Origin: Blastocatellia bacterium
Lineage (GTDB): Bacteria > Acidobacteriota > Blastocatellia > UBA7656
DNA: 64,000 bases
NCBI GenBank assembly: GCA_039648975.1
Contig: JBBWZK010000135.1
Coordinates: 753-64,752 of the forward strand
Direction of reading: 5' to 3'
Part shown: positions 10,733 to 20,663 of the stretch, in pieces
How the letters are laid out: every line of letters begins with the position of its first letter
Numbering within the stretch: the first letter of the stretch is position 1
Position numbers and translations under genes: made by a program
The notes under the pieces: generated by a model
What the model was told of the DNA's origin: nothing
The model's database searches: none
Seen by the model: only the letters and a program-made list of their open reading frames with translations

Positions 10733-12268
10733 ATGACGGATAGCGCCTTGCTCCGTGTTATCGACATCACGAAAGCTTACGCAGGGGTGCAGGCGCTCAA
10801 GAGCGTGTCGTTCGAACTGCGCGCCGGTGAAGTGCATGCGCTGATTGGCGAGAACGGCGCGGGAAAATCGACGCTCATCAAGATCATCACAGGCGCGGTC
10901 GAAGCCGACAGCGGTGAGATTCAGCTCAACCATCAGACGATCACGCACCCTTCTCCGCGCCTGGCGAAATCCCTGGGCATTGCGGCGATCTATCAACAGC
11001 CAGCGCTCTTTCCTGAACTAACAGTGGCGGAAAACATCGCCATCGGTCAGGAGAAGACCGGGCGATGGCGGCGCATCAACTGGCACGAGCGCCGCCGCCG
11101 CGCCGCCGAGTTGCTGGCGCAGGTGGGCGCACGCATTGATCCCGACCAGGAAGCTGGCGATCTGACTATGCCGCAGCAACAACTGGTTGAAATCGCCCGC
11201 GCTCTGGGAGCCGACGCACAGGTTTTGATTTTTGATGAACCGACTGCGTCGCTCTCTGAAGATGACACGCAGAACCTCTTCGGCGTCATTCGCCGTCTGC
11301 GCGCGCAGGGAGTCGGCATGATCTACATCTCACATCGGCTGGAAGAACTGCCCTTGATCGCCGACCGCGTCACGGTGCTGCGCGACGGCTGCGCCATCGG
11401 TACGCACACCATGTCGGAAGTCAGCCGTCAGCAGTTGATTCGACTGATGGTTGGGCGCGAACTGTCGGCGGTCTTCCCAAAACGAGCGGTCAGGTTAGGC
11501 GATGTCGTGCTGGAGCTTTGTCATCTAGGCTGCTCGGCAAACGGGATCAAGGAGATCAATCTACAGTTGCGCGCCGGCGAGATCGTCGGCCTTGCGGGAC
11601 TCGTCGGCGCAGGGCGCACGGAACTGGCGCGAATTATTTTCGGATTGACTCCGGCTGATCGAGGCGAAATTCGGCTCGGTGGCAAACTGGCGCGCTTTGA
11701 CAGCCCGGCAGCGGCAATTGCAGCGGGCCTCGCTTATCTGCCCGAAGACCGGCGGCGTCATGGCGTCATTCTGGAGATGGCTGTAAGCGCCAACATGACG
11801 CTCGCCTTGCTTGATCGGCTTACGCATTTCGGCGCGCTCGATCTTCGCCGCGAGCAAGAGATCGCTGCCGACTATACGCGGCGCTTGAGTATCAAGACGC
11901 CGGCGATCTTTGCGCCCGTCAAGACGCTGTCGGGCGGCAATCAACAAAAAGTCGCGTTGAGCCGCTGGCTGGCGACCAACCCCGCCGTGCTCATTCTCGA
12001 TGAGCCAACGCAGGGAATCGACATCGGCGCGAAGTCCGAGATTCATTCATTGATGGTTGATCTGGCGGCGCAGGGCGTGGCGATTCTGATGATCTCATCT
12101 GAGTTGCCTGAGATTCTCGGCATGAGCGACCGTATCGCCGTCATGCAGAGCGGAAAGATTGTCGGCATTCTGGATCGTATCGAAGCCTCGCCGCAAAGGA
12201 TACTGGCGCTGGCGCTGGGGCATGAAGACGGCGCGGCGGACGGCCCATCTCAAAGGCTGAATACATAA
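10733..12268 (+). CDS. rhaT: sugar (rhamnose) ABC transporter ATP-binding protein, duplicated ATPase
   Basis: Track ORF 10718..12268 starts at TTG; I prefer ATG 10733. Walker A GENGAGKST, degenerate second P-loop GLVGAGRTE, signature LSGGNQQK, Walker B ILDEPT. CUT2-type two-domain architecture. Confidence 0.85.
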   Translation: MTDSALLRVIDITKAYAGVQALKSVSFELRAGEVHALIGENGAGKSTLIKIITGAVEADSGEIQLNHQTITHPSPRLAKSLGIAAIYQQPALFPELTVAENIAIGQEKTGRWRRINWHERRRRAAELLAQVGARIDPDQEAGDLTMPQQQLVEIARALGADAQVLIFDEPTASLSEDDTQNLFGVIRRLRAQGVGMIYISHRLEELPLIADRVTVLRDGCAIGTHTMSEVSRQQLIRLMVGRELSAVFPKRAVRLGDVVLELCHLGCSANGIKEINLQLRAGEIVGLAGLVGAGRTELARIIFGLTPADRGEIRLGGKLARFDSPAAAIAAGLAYLPEDRRRHGVILEMAVSANMTLALLDRLTHFGALDLRREQEIAADYTRRLSIKTPAIFAPVKTLSGGNQQKVALSRWLATNPAVLILDEPTQGIDIGAKSEIHSLMVDLAAQGVAILMISSELPEILGMSDRIAVMQSGKIVGILDRIEASPQRILALALGHEDGAADGPSQRLNT

Positions 12269-12271
12269 GCG

Positions 12272-13249
12272 ATGAAGGTCAGTCGTTACAAACGAGAATT
12301 ATCGGCGGCGCTCGCCTTTGCGGCGCTGCTCGCCATTGTTGGCCTCTTCGCGTCGGCGTTTTTCGGCGCAGCCAATCTGCGTGACCTTGCGCTAAACAAT
12401 GCTCCAGTGCTGATTGTAGCGGTCGGCATGACGTTGGTCATCCTCGTCGGCGAGATAGACATCTCGGTTGGCTCGCAGTTCGCTGTCGCGAGCATCGCCG
12501 CCGCGTGGCTGGCCAAAGCAGGGATGCCTATGCCGCTATTGTTACCTTGCCTTCTTGTGATTGGCGCTACACTTGGCGCGGTGAACGGCCTGCTGATTGG
12601 CCGTTTTGGTCTGCCTTCGATTATCGTCACACTGGCGATGCTTGTGGCCTGGCGCGACGGCTTGCGATGGGTCACAGAGGGTGCATGGGTGCAGGACTTG
12701 CCGGCCAACTTTCAATGGTTCGGACTCGGACAGGCGTGGGGCCAATGGCTAATCGATGCCTTCGCGCTCATCGTCTTCTTGAGCCTTAACTGGATACTGC
12801 GCAACCTCAGAGATGGGCGGGCGGTCTATGCGGTCGGTTCTGACCGCGAAGCGGCGCGGCTCGCCGGCGTCGAACCCTCACGAGTGATCTTCGGCGTCTT
12901 CGTCTTGATGGGAATGCTAACCGGGCTTGCAGCGCTGCTGAATGCCGTGCGCTTTTCCAGTGTGCCGAGCAATGCCGGATCAGGGTTGGAATTGAAAGCG
13001 GTGGCGGCGGTCGTCGTCGGTGGAACGGCGATCACCGGCGGGCGCGGGCATCTGATCGGCACGCTGATAGGCGCGATGCTGCTGGGCGTCATTGGCACGG
13101 CGCTGACCTTTCTAGGGATCAATCCGTTTTGGGAGCGTAGCCTTCAGGGAGCGATTATCCTGGCCGCACTGGTTTCAGATACGGCGCTCAGCCGACTCGA
13201 CCAGTGGCGAATCGCCGGTCTCAGATTGCGGCGCGAGGGGGCGAAATGA
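12272..13249 (+). CDS. rhaP: sugar ABC transporter permease
   Basis: 325 aa, highly hydrophobic, ribose/rhamnose-type permease blocks (VGEIDISVGS, AVVVGGTAITGGRG). 4-nt ATGA overlap with the next gene at 13246-13249. Confidence 0.8.
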   Translation: MKVSRYKRELSAALAFAALLAIVGLFASAFFGAANLRDLALNNAPVLIVAVGMTLVILVGEIDISVGSQFAVASIAAAWLAKAGMPMPLLLPCLLVIGATLGAVNGLLIGRFGLPSIIVTLAMLVAWRDGLRWVTEGAWVQDLPANFQWFGLGQAWGQWLIDAFALIVFLSLNWILRNLRDGRAVYAVGSDREAARLAGVEPSRVIFGVFVLMGMLTGLAALLNAVRFSSVPSNAGSGLELKAVAAVVVGGTAITGGRGHLIGTLIGAMLLGVIGTALTFLGINPFWERSLQGAIILAALVSDTALSRLDQWRIAGLRLRREGAK

Positions 13250-15357
13250 ATCAAGCGATTCCGCGCGACCCGCACGCTGGCGCGGTAATCCCTGAGCCGC
13301 GATTGATTGCGCCGTGGCGCGAGCGCTGGTTTCCCAATAATGAATGGGTGTTGCTGCTCGTCCTGGTGATCGAGTGCGGCATCTTCAGTCTGACCGGCAA
13401 CCGTTTCTTGAGTTCAAGCAATGCCTTTGAAGTGACGCGGCTCGCCGTCGAAATTGGTTTGCTGGCGCTGGCGCTCACGCCGGTCATTGTCACGGGCGGC
13501 ATCGATCTTTCGGTCGGCTCGATGATGGGACTCGCGGCGGTCGTCCTGGGCGGCTTGTGGCGCGACGCACACTTGCCGATGCCTTTAGTTATATTGATCA
13601 CATTGCTGATCGGACTGCTCGGCGGCGGCTTGAACGCCCTGATGATCGCGCGGCTGCGGTTTCCGCCGCTGATCGTCACGCTCGGCACCTTCTCGCTTTT
13701 TCGCGGCATTGCCGAAGGGCTGACGCGCGGCGTCGAGAATTACTCAGGCTTCTCGACAGGATTCCTGTTTCTCGGACAGGGCTATATCGGCGGACGGGTT
13801 CCCACGCAACTCTTCATGCTGATCGCCGCCATCGTCGCGTATGCCTGGTGGCTACATCGCACAGGCTTCGGGCGCAGCCTTTACGCGATGGGGCATTCTG
13901 CTGAAGGCGCGCGCCATGCCGGCATTGCCGTTGCCCGGCGATTAAGCCTCATCTATATGCTGTCGGGACTGGCCGCCAGCCTCGCGGCCATCATCTATGT
14001 CGCTCATCTTGGACAAGCGAAATCGGATGCCGGCACCGGCTATGAATTGATCGCCATCACGGCGGTCGTCCTCGGCGGCACCTCAATCTTCGGCGGGCGT
14101 GGCACAGTGCTCGGCACGGTGCTCGGCTTGTTCGCTATCGTCATTTTACAAAACGGCTTGCGCTTGAGCGCACAGCCCGCCGAACTGGCAGGCATTCTCA
14201 CAGGCGTGCTGCTGGTCGCTGCCATCCTGCTTGATCGCCTCTCGACACAGGCGCAGGCGCGGCCTCGCCATCATCTTGCCATAGAGGAGAGGAAAGTGAA
14301 GAACTCGCAAATCGCCATGTTGAGCGGCGTCATTCTGGCCGCTGCGTTGATCGTTGCGGGCAGCAACTGGTATCTGGTGCGCTCATTGCGGCAGGAGTTC
14401 AGCGGTAAGGGCGGCGCACGCCAGTCATCTGCCGCCTCATCAGCCGGCAATCGCAAAACGGTGATCGCCATGATGCCGAAAGCGAAGGGCGATCCGTATT
14501 TCATCAGTTGCCGCAAGGGGGCTGAGGAGGCCGCGCGAGAATTGGACGTTGAGTTACTTTGGGATGGCCCGACCGATCTCGACCCGGCGAAGCAAAACGA
14601 AGTCGTCGAAGCCTGGATCACCCGTGGCGTCGATACGATTGCGGTGAGCGTTGAAAACCAGGTCGCCATCTCGACGGTGCTGCGCAAAGCCCGCGAGCGC
14701 GGCATCAAGGTGATTACCTGGGACGCAGATGCGGAGAAAGATGCGCGCGATTTCTTCATCAATCAAGCGACGCCGCAAGGTATCGGTTACACGCTGACAG
14801 ATGAGGCCGCCCGCATACTGGGCGGCAAAGGCGAGTTCGCCATCATCACGGCGTCCTTGAGCGCGGCGAATCAGAACGAATGGATCAAGCACATCAAAGC
14901 GCGGCTGGCGGAAAAGTATCCGGAGATGAAACTCGTGGCGATTCAACCGAGCGAAGGCGACCGCGACCGCGCCTTTGCCGAAACGCAGACGGTGTTGAAG
15001 GTCTATCCGAACGTCAAGCTGATTCTGGCCATTGCCGCGCCGGCGGTTCCCGGCGCGGCGGAAGCGGTCAAGCAATCAGGCCGCACCGATGTCAAAGTCA
15101 CAGGGCTGTCGCTGCCTAATATGTGCAAGCCTTATATCCATGACGGCGTGATCGAAAGCATCGTCTTATGGAACACAGTCGATCTGGGTTATCTAACGGT
15201 CTACGTCTCGCGCCGCCTGAGCACAGGAGAACTGAAACGCGGCGACCGCGAAATCGACGCAGGGCGATTGGGCAAGACCGTCGTGCAGGGCGAGCAGGTC
15301 ATGCTCGGCGCGCCTTTCATCTTCAACAAAGCGAATATTGACCAGTTCGACTTCTGA
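13246..15357 (+). CDS. in-frame fusion: second ABC permease (RhaQ-like) + membrane anchor + rhamnose-binding periplasmic protein (RhaS-like)
   Basis: Track ORF 13204..15357; I prefer ATG 13246 (ATGA coupling). The first ~350 aa are a permease (TGGIDLSVGS, VVLGGTSIFGGRGT). Then comes the anchor NSQIAMLSGVILAAALIVAGSNWYLV, then a periplasmic-binding-protein domain (KTVIAMMPKAKGDPYF...VITWDAD...NQNEWI...NIDQFDF). No stop codon at the junction. SD-like GAGGAGAGG (14284-14292) precedes an in-frame GTG at 14296. Confidence 0.75.
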   Translation: MNQAIPRDPHAGAVIPEPRLIAPWRERWFPNNEWVLLLVLVIECGIFSLTGNRFLSSSNAFEVTRLAVEIGLLALALTPVIVTGGIDLSVGSMMGLAAVVLGGLWRDAHLPMPLVILITLLIGLLGGGLNALMIARLRFPPLIVTLGTFSLFRGIAEGLTRGVENYSGFSTGFLFLGQGYIGGRVPTQLFMLIAAIVAYAWWLHRTGFGRSLYAMGHSAEGARHAGIAVARRLSLIYMLSGLAASLAAIIYVAHLGQAKSDAGTGYELIAITAVVLGGTSIFGGRGTVLGTVLGLFAIVILQNGLRLSAQPAELAGILTGVLLVAAILLDRLSTQAQARPRHHLAIEERKVKNSQIAMLSGVILAAALIVAGSNWYLVRSLRQEFSGKGGARQSSAASSAGNRKTVIAMMPKAKGDPYFISCRKGAEEAARELDVELLWDGPTDLDPAKQNEVVEAWITRGVDTIAVSVENQVAISTVLRKARERGIKVITWDADAEKDARDFFINQATPQGIGYTLTDEAARILGGKGEFAIITASLSAANQNEWIKHIKARLAEKYPEMKLVAIQPSEGDRDRAFAETQTVLKVYPNVKLILAIAAPAVPGAAEAVKQSGRTDVKVTGLSLPNMCKPYIHDGVIESIVLWNTVDLGYLTVYVSRRLSTGELKRGDREIDAGRLGKTVVQGEQVMLGAPFIFNKANIDQFDF

Positions 15358-15372
15358 AGCCTGGCGTCAGCG

Positions 15373-15996
15373 TCAAGCGACCTTTGCGCCGCAACTGGCG
15401 CAGAATTTCGCGGTCGGCGATACGGCGCTGCCGCAGTTCTCGCAGAAACGCGGCGCGAGTTGAGTCGCTGCCTCATTCGCCTGCGTCGGCGGTGTAGCCG
15501 ATGACGGCGGTGTGTAGGGCGTTGGCGGCGCTGGCGGCGTATACGGCGTTTGCGGATAAGGTGATTGCGGGTACGGTGGGGCCTGTTGATAAGGCGGCTG
15601 ATTGTGCAGCGCGCCGCCGCCGATGAACGCTTGAATGAACTCGAACGTGCGTTGCGGCAGGGCGCTTTGTTTCCACGCGCCATAAGCGGCAGTGAAGAAC
15701 AGCGGCCAGACGAACAACATGCCAACGCCTCCCGCCAGCGCCTTGTCCGTCCACTTGCCTGCGCCGATCTCGACAATCAGAGTCGTCTCTTTATAGCGCA
15801 GACCGATATTGAGCGCCGACGACATTCCCAGTGCGTTGCGCCAACCTTCCTGCTGGCGAGCCTGTACCACCATGCCTTCGCCGGGCACAGGAAAGACTTG
15901 CACCTCGAACCGCTGCGCGCGATACCAATCGCCGATGGCGTAAGCGAGATGATTGAGATCAAGGTTAGGTGCGTTGAAGACTTGTTGCTCTGACAT
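15373..15996 (-). CDS. hypothetical protein with Pro/Tyr-rich linker and C-terminal zinc-ribbon
   Basis: 207 aa. C-terminal CENCGSAVSPTAKFCASCGAKV (CxxC...CxxC). Linker PPYQQAPPYPQSPYPQTPYTPPAPPTPYTPP. Hydrophobic segment GGVGMLFVWPLFFTAAYGAW. Overlapping track ORFs in other frames are Arg-rich shadows. Confidence 0.6.
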   Translation of the reverse strand: MSEQQVFNAPNLDLNHLAYAIGDWYRAQRFEVQVFPVPGEGMVVQARQQEGWRNALGMSSALNIGLRYKETTLIVEIGAGKWTDKALAGGVGMLFVWPLFFTAAYGAWKQSALPQRTFEFIQAFIGGGALHNQPPYQQAPPYPQSPYPQTPYTPPAPPTPYTPPSSATPPTQANEAATQLAPRFCENCGSAVSPTAKFCASCGAKVA

Positions 15997-16143
15997 AATA
16001 ATACGCCTCCAATTCGCGCATTATACATCACCTGCCAGTTGCCGCCTAAAGGAATCGTTTGCTTTGCGTCAGGGATTGGCGATTGAGATGATGAGAGAGT
16101 CGTTGGTCCAACGACTCGTTCAGAGAGTTTGAGGAGCATAACC

Positions 16144-17016
16144 ATGCGCAAAGATGACTTCAGCAAAGTAGAGATCAAGATCAGCAAGGTGGGCGGCAAT
16201 GTTTACCTGCTGAAGGGCGCGGGCGGTAATATAGGCTTCTCTGTCGGCGACGACGGCATCGTCATGGTCGATGATCAGTTCGCGCCGCTCGCCGACAAGA
16301 TCAAAGCCGCGCTCCATACGATAACCGACAAACCGCTGCGCTTCGTCATCAATACCCATTACCATTTCGATCACATCGACGGCAATGCCAGCTTTCAAAG
16401 AGAGGCTCCGGTGATTGCCCATGACAATGTACGCAAGCGTCTGGAAAGCGGCGGCGCGCCCGGCAATCTAGGCTCTGTAAAACAGGAGTTGAAGCCTGCG
16501 GCCAGGGAAGCCCTGCCCATACTCACCTTCAGCCAGGATGTCACTCTTCACTTGAACGGCGAAGATATTCACGTTCTGCATTATCCCAGCGGCCATACAG
16601 ACGGCGATAGCATGATCTTCTTTCCGCAATCGAATGTCGTGCATATGGGCGACGATTTTGTCACCTATGGATTCCCGTTCATTGATCTGGCGGGCGGCGG
16701 CAGCGTCGCAGGGATGATTGTCGCGGCGGAATATGTGATCGCCAACCTGCCGGCTGATGTGAAGGTGATTCCCGGACACGGGCTGATCTCAAACCTGGAT
16801 GACGTTCGCCAATTCGTCGCCATGCTTCAGGAGACCCGCAGCGTCGTGGAGAAGGCGATCAAAGTGGGACAGCAGCTCGATGAGATGAAGCAGGCGAATA
16901 TTCTCGAAGCGTGGAAGACCTGGTCGGGGGATTTTATCTCCACGGCGGCGTTTATCGAAACGCTCTACAACGATCTGACGGGCAAGCAGGGCGGGGAATT
17001 TATCAAGCACAACTGA
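16144..17016 (+). CDS. MBL-fold metallo-hydrolase
   Basis: Track ORF 16129 starts at TTG; I prefer ATG 16144, 8 nt after GAGGAG. Motif NTHYHFDHIDGN (HxHxDH), later HTDGD and PGHG. Confidence 0.8.
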   Translation: MRKDDFSKVEIKISKVGGNVYLLKGAGGNIGFSVGDDGIVMVDDQFAPLADKIKAALHTITDKPLRFVINTHYHFDHIDGNASFQREAPVIAHDNVRKRLESGGAPGNLGSVKQELKPAAREALPILTFSQDVTLHLNGEDIHVLHYPSGHTDGDSMIFFPQSNVVHMGDDFVTYGFPFIDLAGGGSVAGMIVAAEYVIANLPADVKVIPGHGLISNLDDVRQFVAMLQETRSVVEKAIKVGQQLDEMKQANILEAWKTWSGDFISTAAFIETLYNDLTGKQGGEFIKHN

Positions 17017-17116
17017 AATCGATCAACCTGCGGCCAAAGCCGCACGCACGGCGAGACCTTTGCACCCGCAGCGCAAAGATATGAATTTTCAAAAAGCTTC
17101 GCAAGCTATCGTCACC

Positions 17117-18787
17117 CTATTTTTTTCGGGCTTTTTCATCGCCGAATAAAATATTGAAGACCAGGATGACCCCGCCGGTTGCGGCGGCAAGGAAAAACAT
17201 CATGGCCAATCCGGGATAGCCGAAAATCCGAAATGTGGTCGGCACACTCATCAACATCGCGGCGCTGACAATCAAGGCCGCCAGCACCAGACCGAGGGTG
17301 ATGCGATTGGCTATCTTTTGCAAGCCCTCCATCAACTTCACTTCATCTATCGCATCTACCTTTACCTGGATTTGATTGTTAGCCAGCTTATCCAGAATTT
17401 TGTTGAAGCGTCCCGGCAAACGCTGCATGAAATCCTTTATTTCGATTATGCTGCTGAACACATTTCCCGGCGACAGACTCTTCAACATACGCCGCTGCAT
17501 AATCGTTGCGGCATGACGGCGAATCGCTTCGTTGGGATTGAAATTGGGCGCCAGCGTATGACCGACCTGATCGAGATTGAGCAGCGTTTTGCCAAGCATC
17601 GTCAATTCCTGCGGCATGCGCAATCCGTTGTCGCCGGAAATCTTGGTGACTTCGAGAACGAGTCTGCCGACTTGAATCTCGACCAGATTGGCGTCCTGAT
17701 TTTGCGCGATGAGGTCGGCCACCTGACGACGGAACATCGGTTCATCGAAATCTGTTTTGATCTCGCCAATCTGTAGCGCCAGCGTCGCGGCTTCGTCCGG
17801 ATGGTTTTCGCTGATGGCCAGGAGCAGTTGCAGCAACTTCTCCTGTAAGCCCGGCGTAATGCGCGCCACCATGCCTAAATCGAGCAGCGCAATCTTGCCT
17901 TCATCGGTCAGCAGGACATTGCCCGGGTGCGGGTCGGCGTGAAAAAAACCATCAACCAGGAGTTGCTTCAAGTAGGCGTGAAAGAGTTGGTCTGCGAGTT
18001 TGTCGCCGTCCAGTTCTATTCTTTCAAGCGGACTGATCGCGGTAATCTTTTTGCCGCGAACATGCGCCATGGTCAACACGCGCGAGGTCGTAAAACCTTC
18101 GATGGGAAGCGGCACTTCGATGGTGTCAAACTCTGCAAGATTGCGATGCAGAGCGAGCAAATTGTTGGCCTCCAGGCGGTAGTCCAGTTCTCGAAGAATT
18201 GATTTGCGAAACTCTTCGAGCATGGTTTGGAATTCATAACGCCGTCCGACTTCCGTGTGACTGTCTATGAGTTCGGAAATTTCCGCCAGCGCTTCTAAAT
18301 CTTTGAGTATCTGTTCGCGAATGTTTGGGCGTTGCACTTTGACGACGACTTCGCGACCGTCGCGCATACGCGCGCGATGCACTTGCCCTATGGAGGCAGC
18401 GGCTATCGGTTGCGCGTCAAACTCTGAAAAGGCTTTCGAGATTCTCACGCCCAGTTCGCTCGTGATGATCTGCTCTACATCAGCAAACGAGAACGCTTCA
18501 ACATTGTCTTGCAGACGTGATAAGGCGAGCATATAGGCAGGCGATAACATGTCCGGGCGCGTCGAAAGAAGTTGACCCAGTTTAATAAAGGTGGGACCAA
18601 GTTTTTCTATATCCCTGGCGAGTTCTTCGGCTTCCGGCGTCTGTGCCTCATCTGTGACTACTTCTTCAACATCAAAAGAGGCATCAATGCCTGCCTGTTT
18701 GACGACATCCGAACGTCCGTACTTCAACAATAACCAGGCGATGTCTTTATAGCGCTTGAGATGCTCTGGCTTCAGTGAAATTCCCAT
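17117..18787 (-). CDS. ABC1/UbiB-family atypical kinase with C-terminal TM segments
   Basis: 556 aa. LGPTFIKLGQLLSTRPDMLSPAYMLALSRLQDNV, AAASIGQVHRA, FHADPHPGNVLL. Two hydrophobic helices at the C-terminus. Confidence 0.85.
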   Translation of the reverse strand: MGISLKPEHLKRYKDIAWLLLKYGRSDVVKQAGIDASFDVEEVVTDEAQTPEAEELARDIEKLGPTFIKLGQLLSTRPDMLSPAYMLALSRLQDNVEAFSFADVEQIITSELGVRISKAFSEFDAQPIAAASIGQVHRARMRDGREVVVKVQRPNIREQILKDLEALAEISELIDSHTEVGRRYEFQTMLEEFRKSILRELDYRLEANNLLALHRNLAEFDTIEVPLPIEGFTTSRVLTMAHVRGKKITAISPLERIELDGDKLADQLFHAYLKQLLVDGFFHADPHPGNVLLTDEGKIALLDLGMVARITPGLQEKLLQLLLAISENHPDEAATLALQIGEIKTDFDEPMFRRQVADLIAQNQDANLVEIQVGRLVLEVTKISGDNGLRMPQELTMLGKTLLNLDQVGHTLAPNFNPNEAIRRHAATIMQRRMLKSLSPGNVFSSIIEIKDFMQRLPGRFNKILDKLANNQIQVKVDAIDEVKLMEGLQKIANRITLGLVLAALIVSAAMLMSVPTTFRIFGYPGLAMMFFLAAATGGVILVFNILFGDEKARKK

Positions 18788-18859
18788 TGGCTTCTCCCAG
18801 GAAAGTGATTCGATGAAGCTTCTTTGAGTCGGATGAATATAGCAAATCTTCAGCAGTTC

Positions 18860-19309
18860 TCACTTCAAGGGCGAATAATCTGTCGCATCCACAAAGACTG
18901 ATTCCACCTTGTTGACGATCTTCCCATTCGCCTCCGACTCCTTGCGCACACGCTGCCAATCCGGGTCGTTGCCGAACGCTTCCCAGTTCTTCTTTGCGGC
19001 TTCTCTGCTTGGGTGAGCCAGGATATAAATCAGCGTATTGCGGGACAGGGGCGCATCCTCTGGCGTCCAATAGCCGATGTTGGTCATCCCATGCTTCGCA
19101 AACAACTGCATCGTGTGGTTGCGGAATCGCGCATGTAGCGCGTCCAGCTTGCCTTCCTCTGTCGTGTAAGTTCGTATCTCAAAGACTCGCCCTTGCGGCT
19201 GTGTATCGGCAGATGCGCGCGGATGAATATTGCCGATCCTGCCGAGTAAGAATCCTGAAGCGAATACCATCAGGATGAGCGGAATCATGATGAGCTTGTT
19301 TCGAGTCAT
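18860..19309 (-). CDS. NIPSNAP-family protein with N-terminal signal/anchor
   Basis: Track ORF 18860..19462. I trimmed it to ATG 19309 (AGGAGG upstream; MTRNKLIMIPLILMVFASGFLLG). RVFEIRTYTTEEGKLDALHARFRNHTMQLFAKHGMTNIGYW is NIPSNAP-like. Confidence 0.7.
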   Translation of the reverse strand: MTRNKLIMIPLILMVFASGFLLGRIGNIHPRASADTQPQGRVFEIRTYTTEEGKLDALHARFRNHTMQLFAKHGMTNIGYWTPEDAPLSRNTLIYILAHPSREAAKKNWEAFGNDPDWQRVRKESEANGKIVNKVESVFVDATDYSPLK

Positions 19310-19458
19310 GCGAGCCTCCTGGATCGGGAATAGAAAGTCGGAGTCTAACAAGTGATCTCCAGAAAGGCGAGATGATGAGGCCACATCTACACAAGCCGTA
19401 GCTGGCATATGCGATTCAAGCAGTCTGACACGCCAAATCAGCCGGCGCGAAACCGCTA

Positions 19459-20061
19459 TCAATGCCGTAGCTGGCTTTTCGGAGCCGATGATTTCTGCAA
19501 GCTGCCAAGTGAAGCAGGGAACTCCCAGGCCATCAGGGCCTTCTCTATCGAAGGGCCATTCGCTTTTAGCCAGGTGCTCATTTCCGGCCCTGCCGCTTTC
19601 CCATATATTCGGTAAGAATAAACGATGGAAACGCCTTTGCCATTGACCAGCTTAAACCTTGCCTGGACAGCTTCCAGAAAAGCGGGTCTGCCAAAGACTA
19701 CAGCGATCAGGTGTTCAGCGGGCTTTTCTCTGGTTCGCGGCACAGAGTCGGTTCTGAGAACGATTCCTTTTTGATTCTTATAGTTTTCAAGAACCTGGTT
19801 CGCGACGAGCGCCAGACCATCGCCGTCAGTAACCTGTGGGTAAAAGTTGATGGTCAGCATGTCTGTCCACTTCGCAAGATCTTCTTGACCCGCAGGGGTA
19901 AATTCATGCTGGTCATTCTGCGACCATCGATGAAGATACTCGGTTTGATTGAAATTCAGGGTCAGCTTGCTTGTGGTGTCGGCTTCTTTCTTTGCTGCCC
20001 CGCCTGCGGCACAAACAGGAAGGATGAAGATGAGAGCAAAATAGAGAGACCTGCTCGGCAT
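19459..20061 (-). CDS. hypothetical secreted protein or lipoprotein
   Basis: 200 aa. N-terminus MPSRSLYFALIFILPVCAAGG looks like a signal or lipobox-like sequence. No family recognised. Confidence 0.5.
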   Translation of the reverse strand: MPSRSLYFALIFILPVCAAGGAAKKEADTTSKLTLNFNQTEYLHRWSQNDQHEFTPAGQEDLAKWTDMLTINFYPQVTDGDGLALVANQVLENYKNQKGIVLRTDSVPRTREKPAEHLIAVVFGRPAFLEAVQARFKLVNGKGVSIVYSYRIYGKAAGPEMSTWLKANGPSIEKALMAWEFPASLGSLQKSSAPKSQLRH

Positions 20062-20275
20062 TATTTAATCTCCTGATAAAACATTGGCCTGACTATGCAG
20101 AATAAGGCTGCCCCGCAGCATATTCCCACACGTCTTACATTGCAAGCGGGCCGCGCATCCGGCATCAATAGCGCCCCGATTTTCCTATGAGCACGGCACA
20201 ACGCAGTTGTCACCTACACATCACACAACGGGATTCTGGAAATGAATGCCGTATCTAATGGCCCACTCCCCTTGC

Positions 20276-20311
20276 TTACCGAGAGGAGTGCTTGTATCAT
20301 ACCCTCGGTAA
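20276..20311 (+). promoter_or_regulatory. 8-bp perfect inverted repeat TTACCGAG-N20-CTCGGTAA just upstream of padR start (candidate operator or 5' hairpin)
   Basis: Read directly: ttaccgag at 20276-20283 and ctcggtaa at 20304-20311. Followed by the SD GAGGAGAGG and ATG 20326. PadR regulators commonly autoregulate through inverted repeats (general knowledge). Function here is untested. Confidence 0.3.
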
Positions 20312-20325
20312 CCGAGGAGAGGAAT

Positions 20326-20661
20326 ATGAGCAAACCATTAGACCTGGTCCAGGGCACTCTGGGCCTGCTTATTTTGAAGATACTGGCTCTGGAAGCGCAG
20401 CATGGTTGGGCCATCAGCCAGCGCTTGAAACAAGTCTCCGGCGATGTCTTACAGGTCAGCGACGGGTCACTCTACCCGGCGCTGCACAAGCTTGAGCAAG
20501 AGGGCTGGATCATGGCTGAGTGGAAGCCCAGTGAGAACAACCGCCGCGCCAAGTATTACGCTTTGACGCCACTCGGACGCCAGGAGTTGAAAAGAGAAGC
20601 AGCCAACTGGCGGCGACTGTCGGCGGCCATTTCACTGGTTGTCGAGTTGGAAGGAATTTAG
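20326..20661 (+). CDS. PadR-family transcriptional regulator
   Basis: Track ORF 20242..20661, trimmed to ATG 20326. LILKILALEAQHGWAISQRL...SDGSLYPALHKLEQEGWI...RRAKYYALTPLGR is a winged-helix PadR signature. Confidence 0.9.
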   Translation: MSKPLDLVQGTLGLLILKILALEAQHGWAISQRLKQVSGDVLQVSDGSLYPALHKLEQEGWIMAEWKPSENNRRAKYYALTPLGRQELKREAANWRRLSAAISLVVELEGI

Positions 20662-20663
20662 AG

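Noticed and set aside
15201-15776. 191-aa Arg-rich ORF overlapping the end of the ABC fusion gene and the zinc-ribbon gene
   Set aside because: The composition is extreme poly-Arg/Ser (…RRIRRQRRQRPTHRRHRLHRRRRRMRQR…). It overlaps two better-supported genes and is a frame artefact of the Pro/Tyr-rich coding region.
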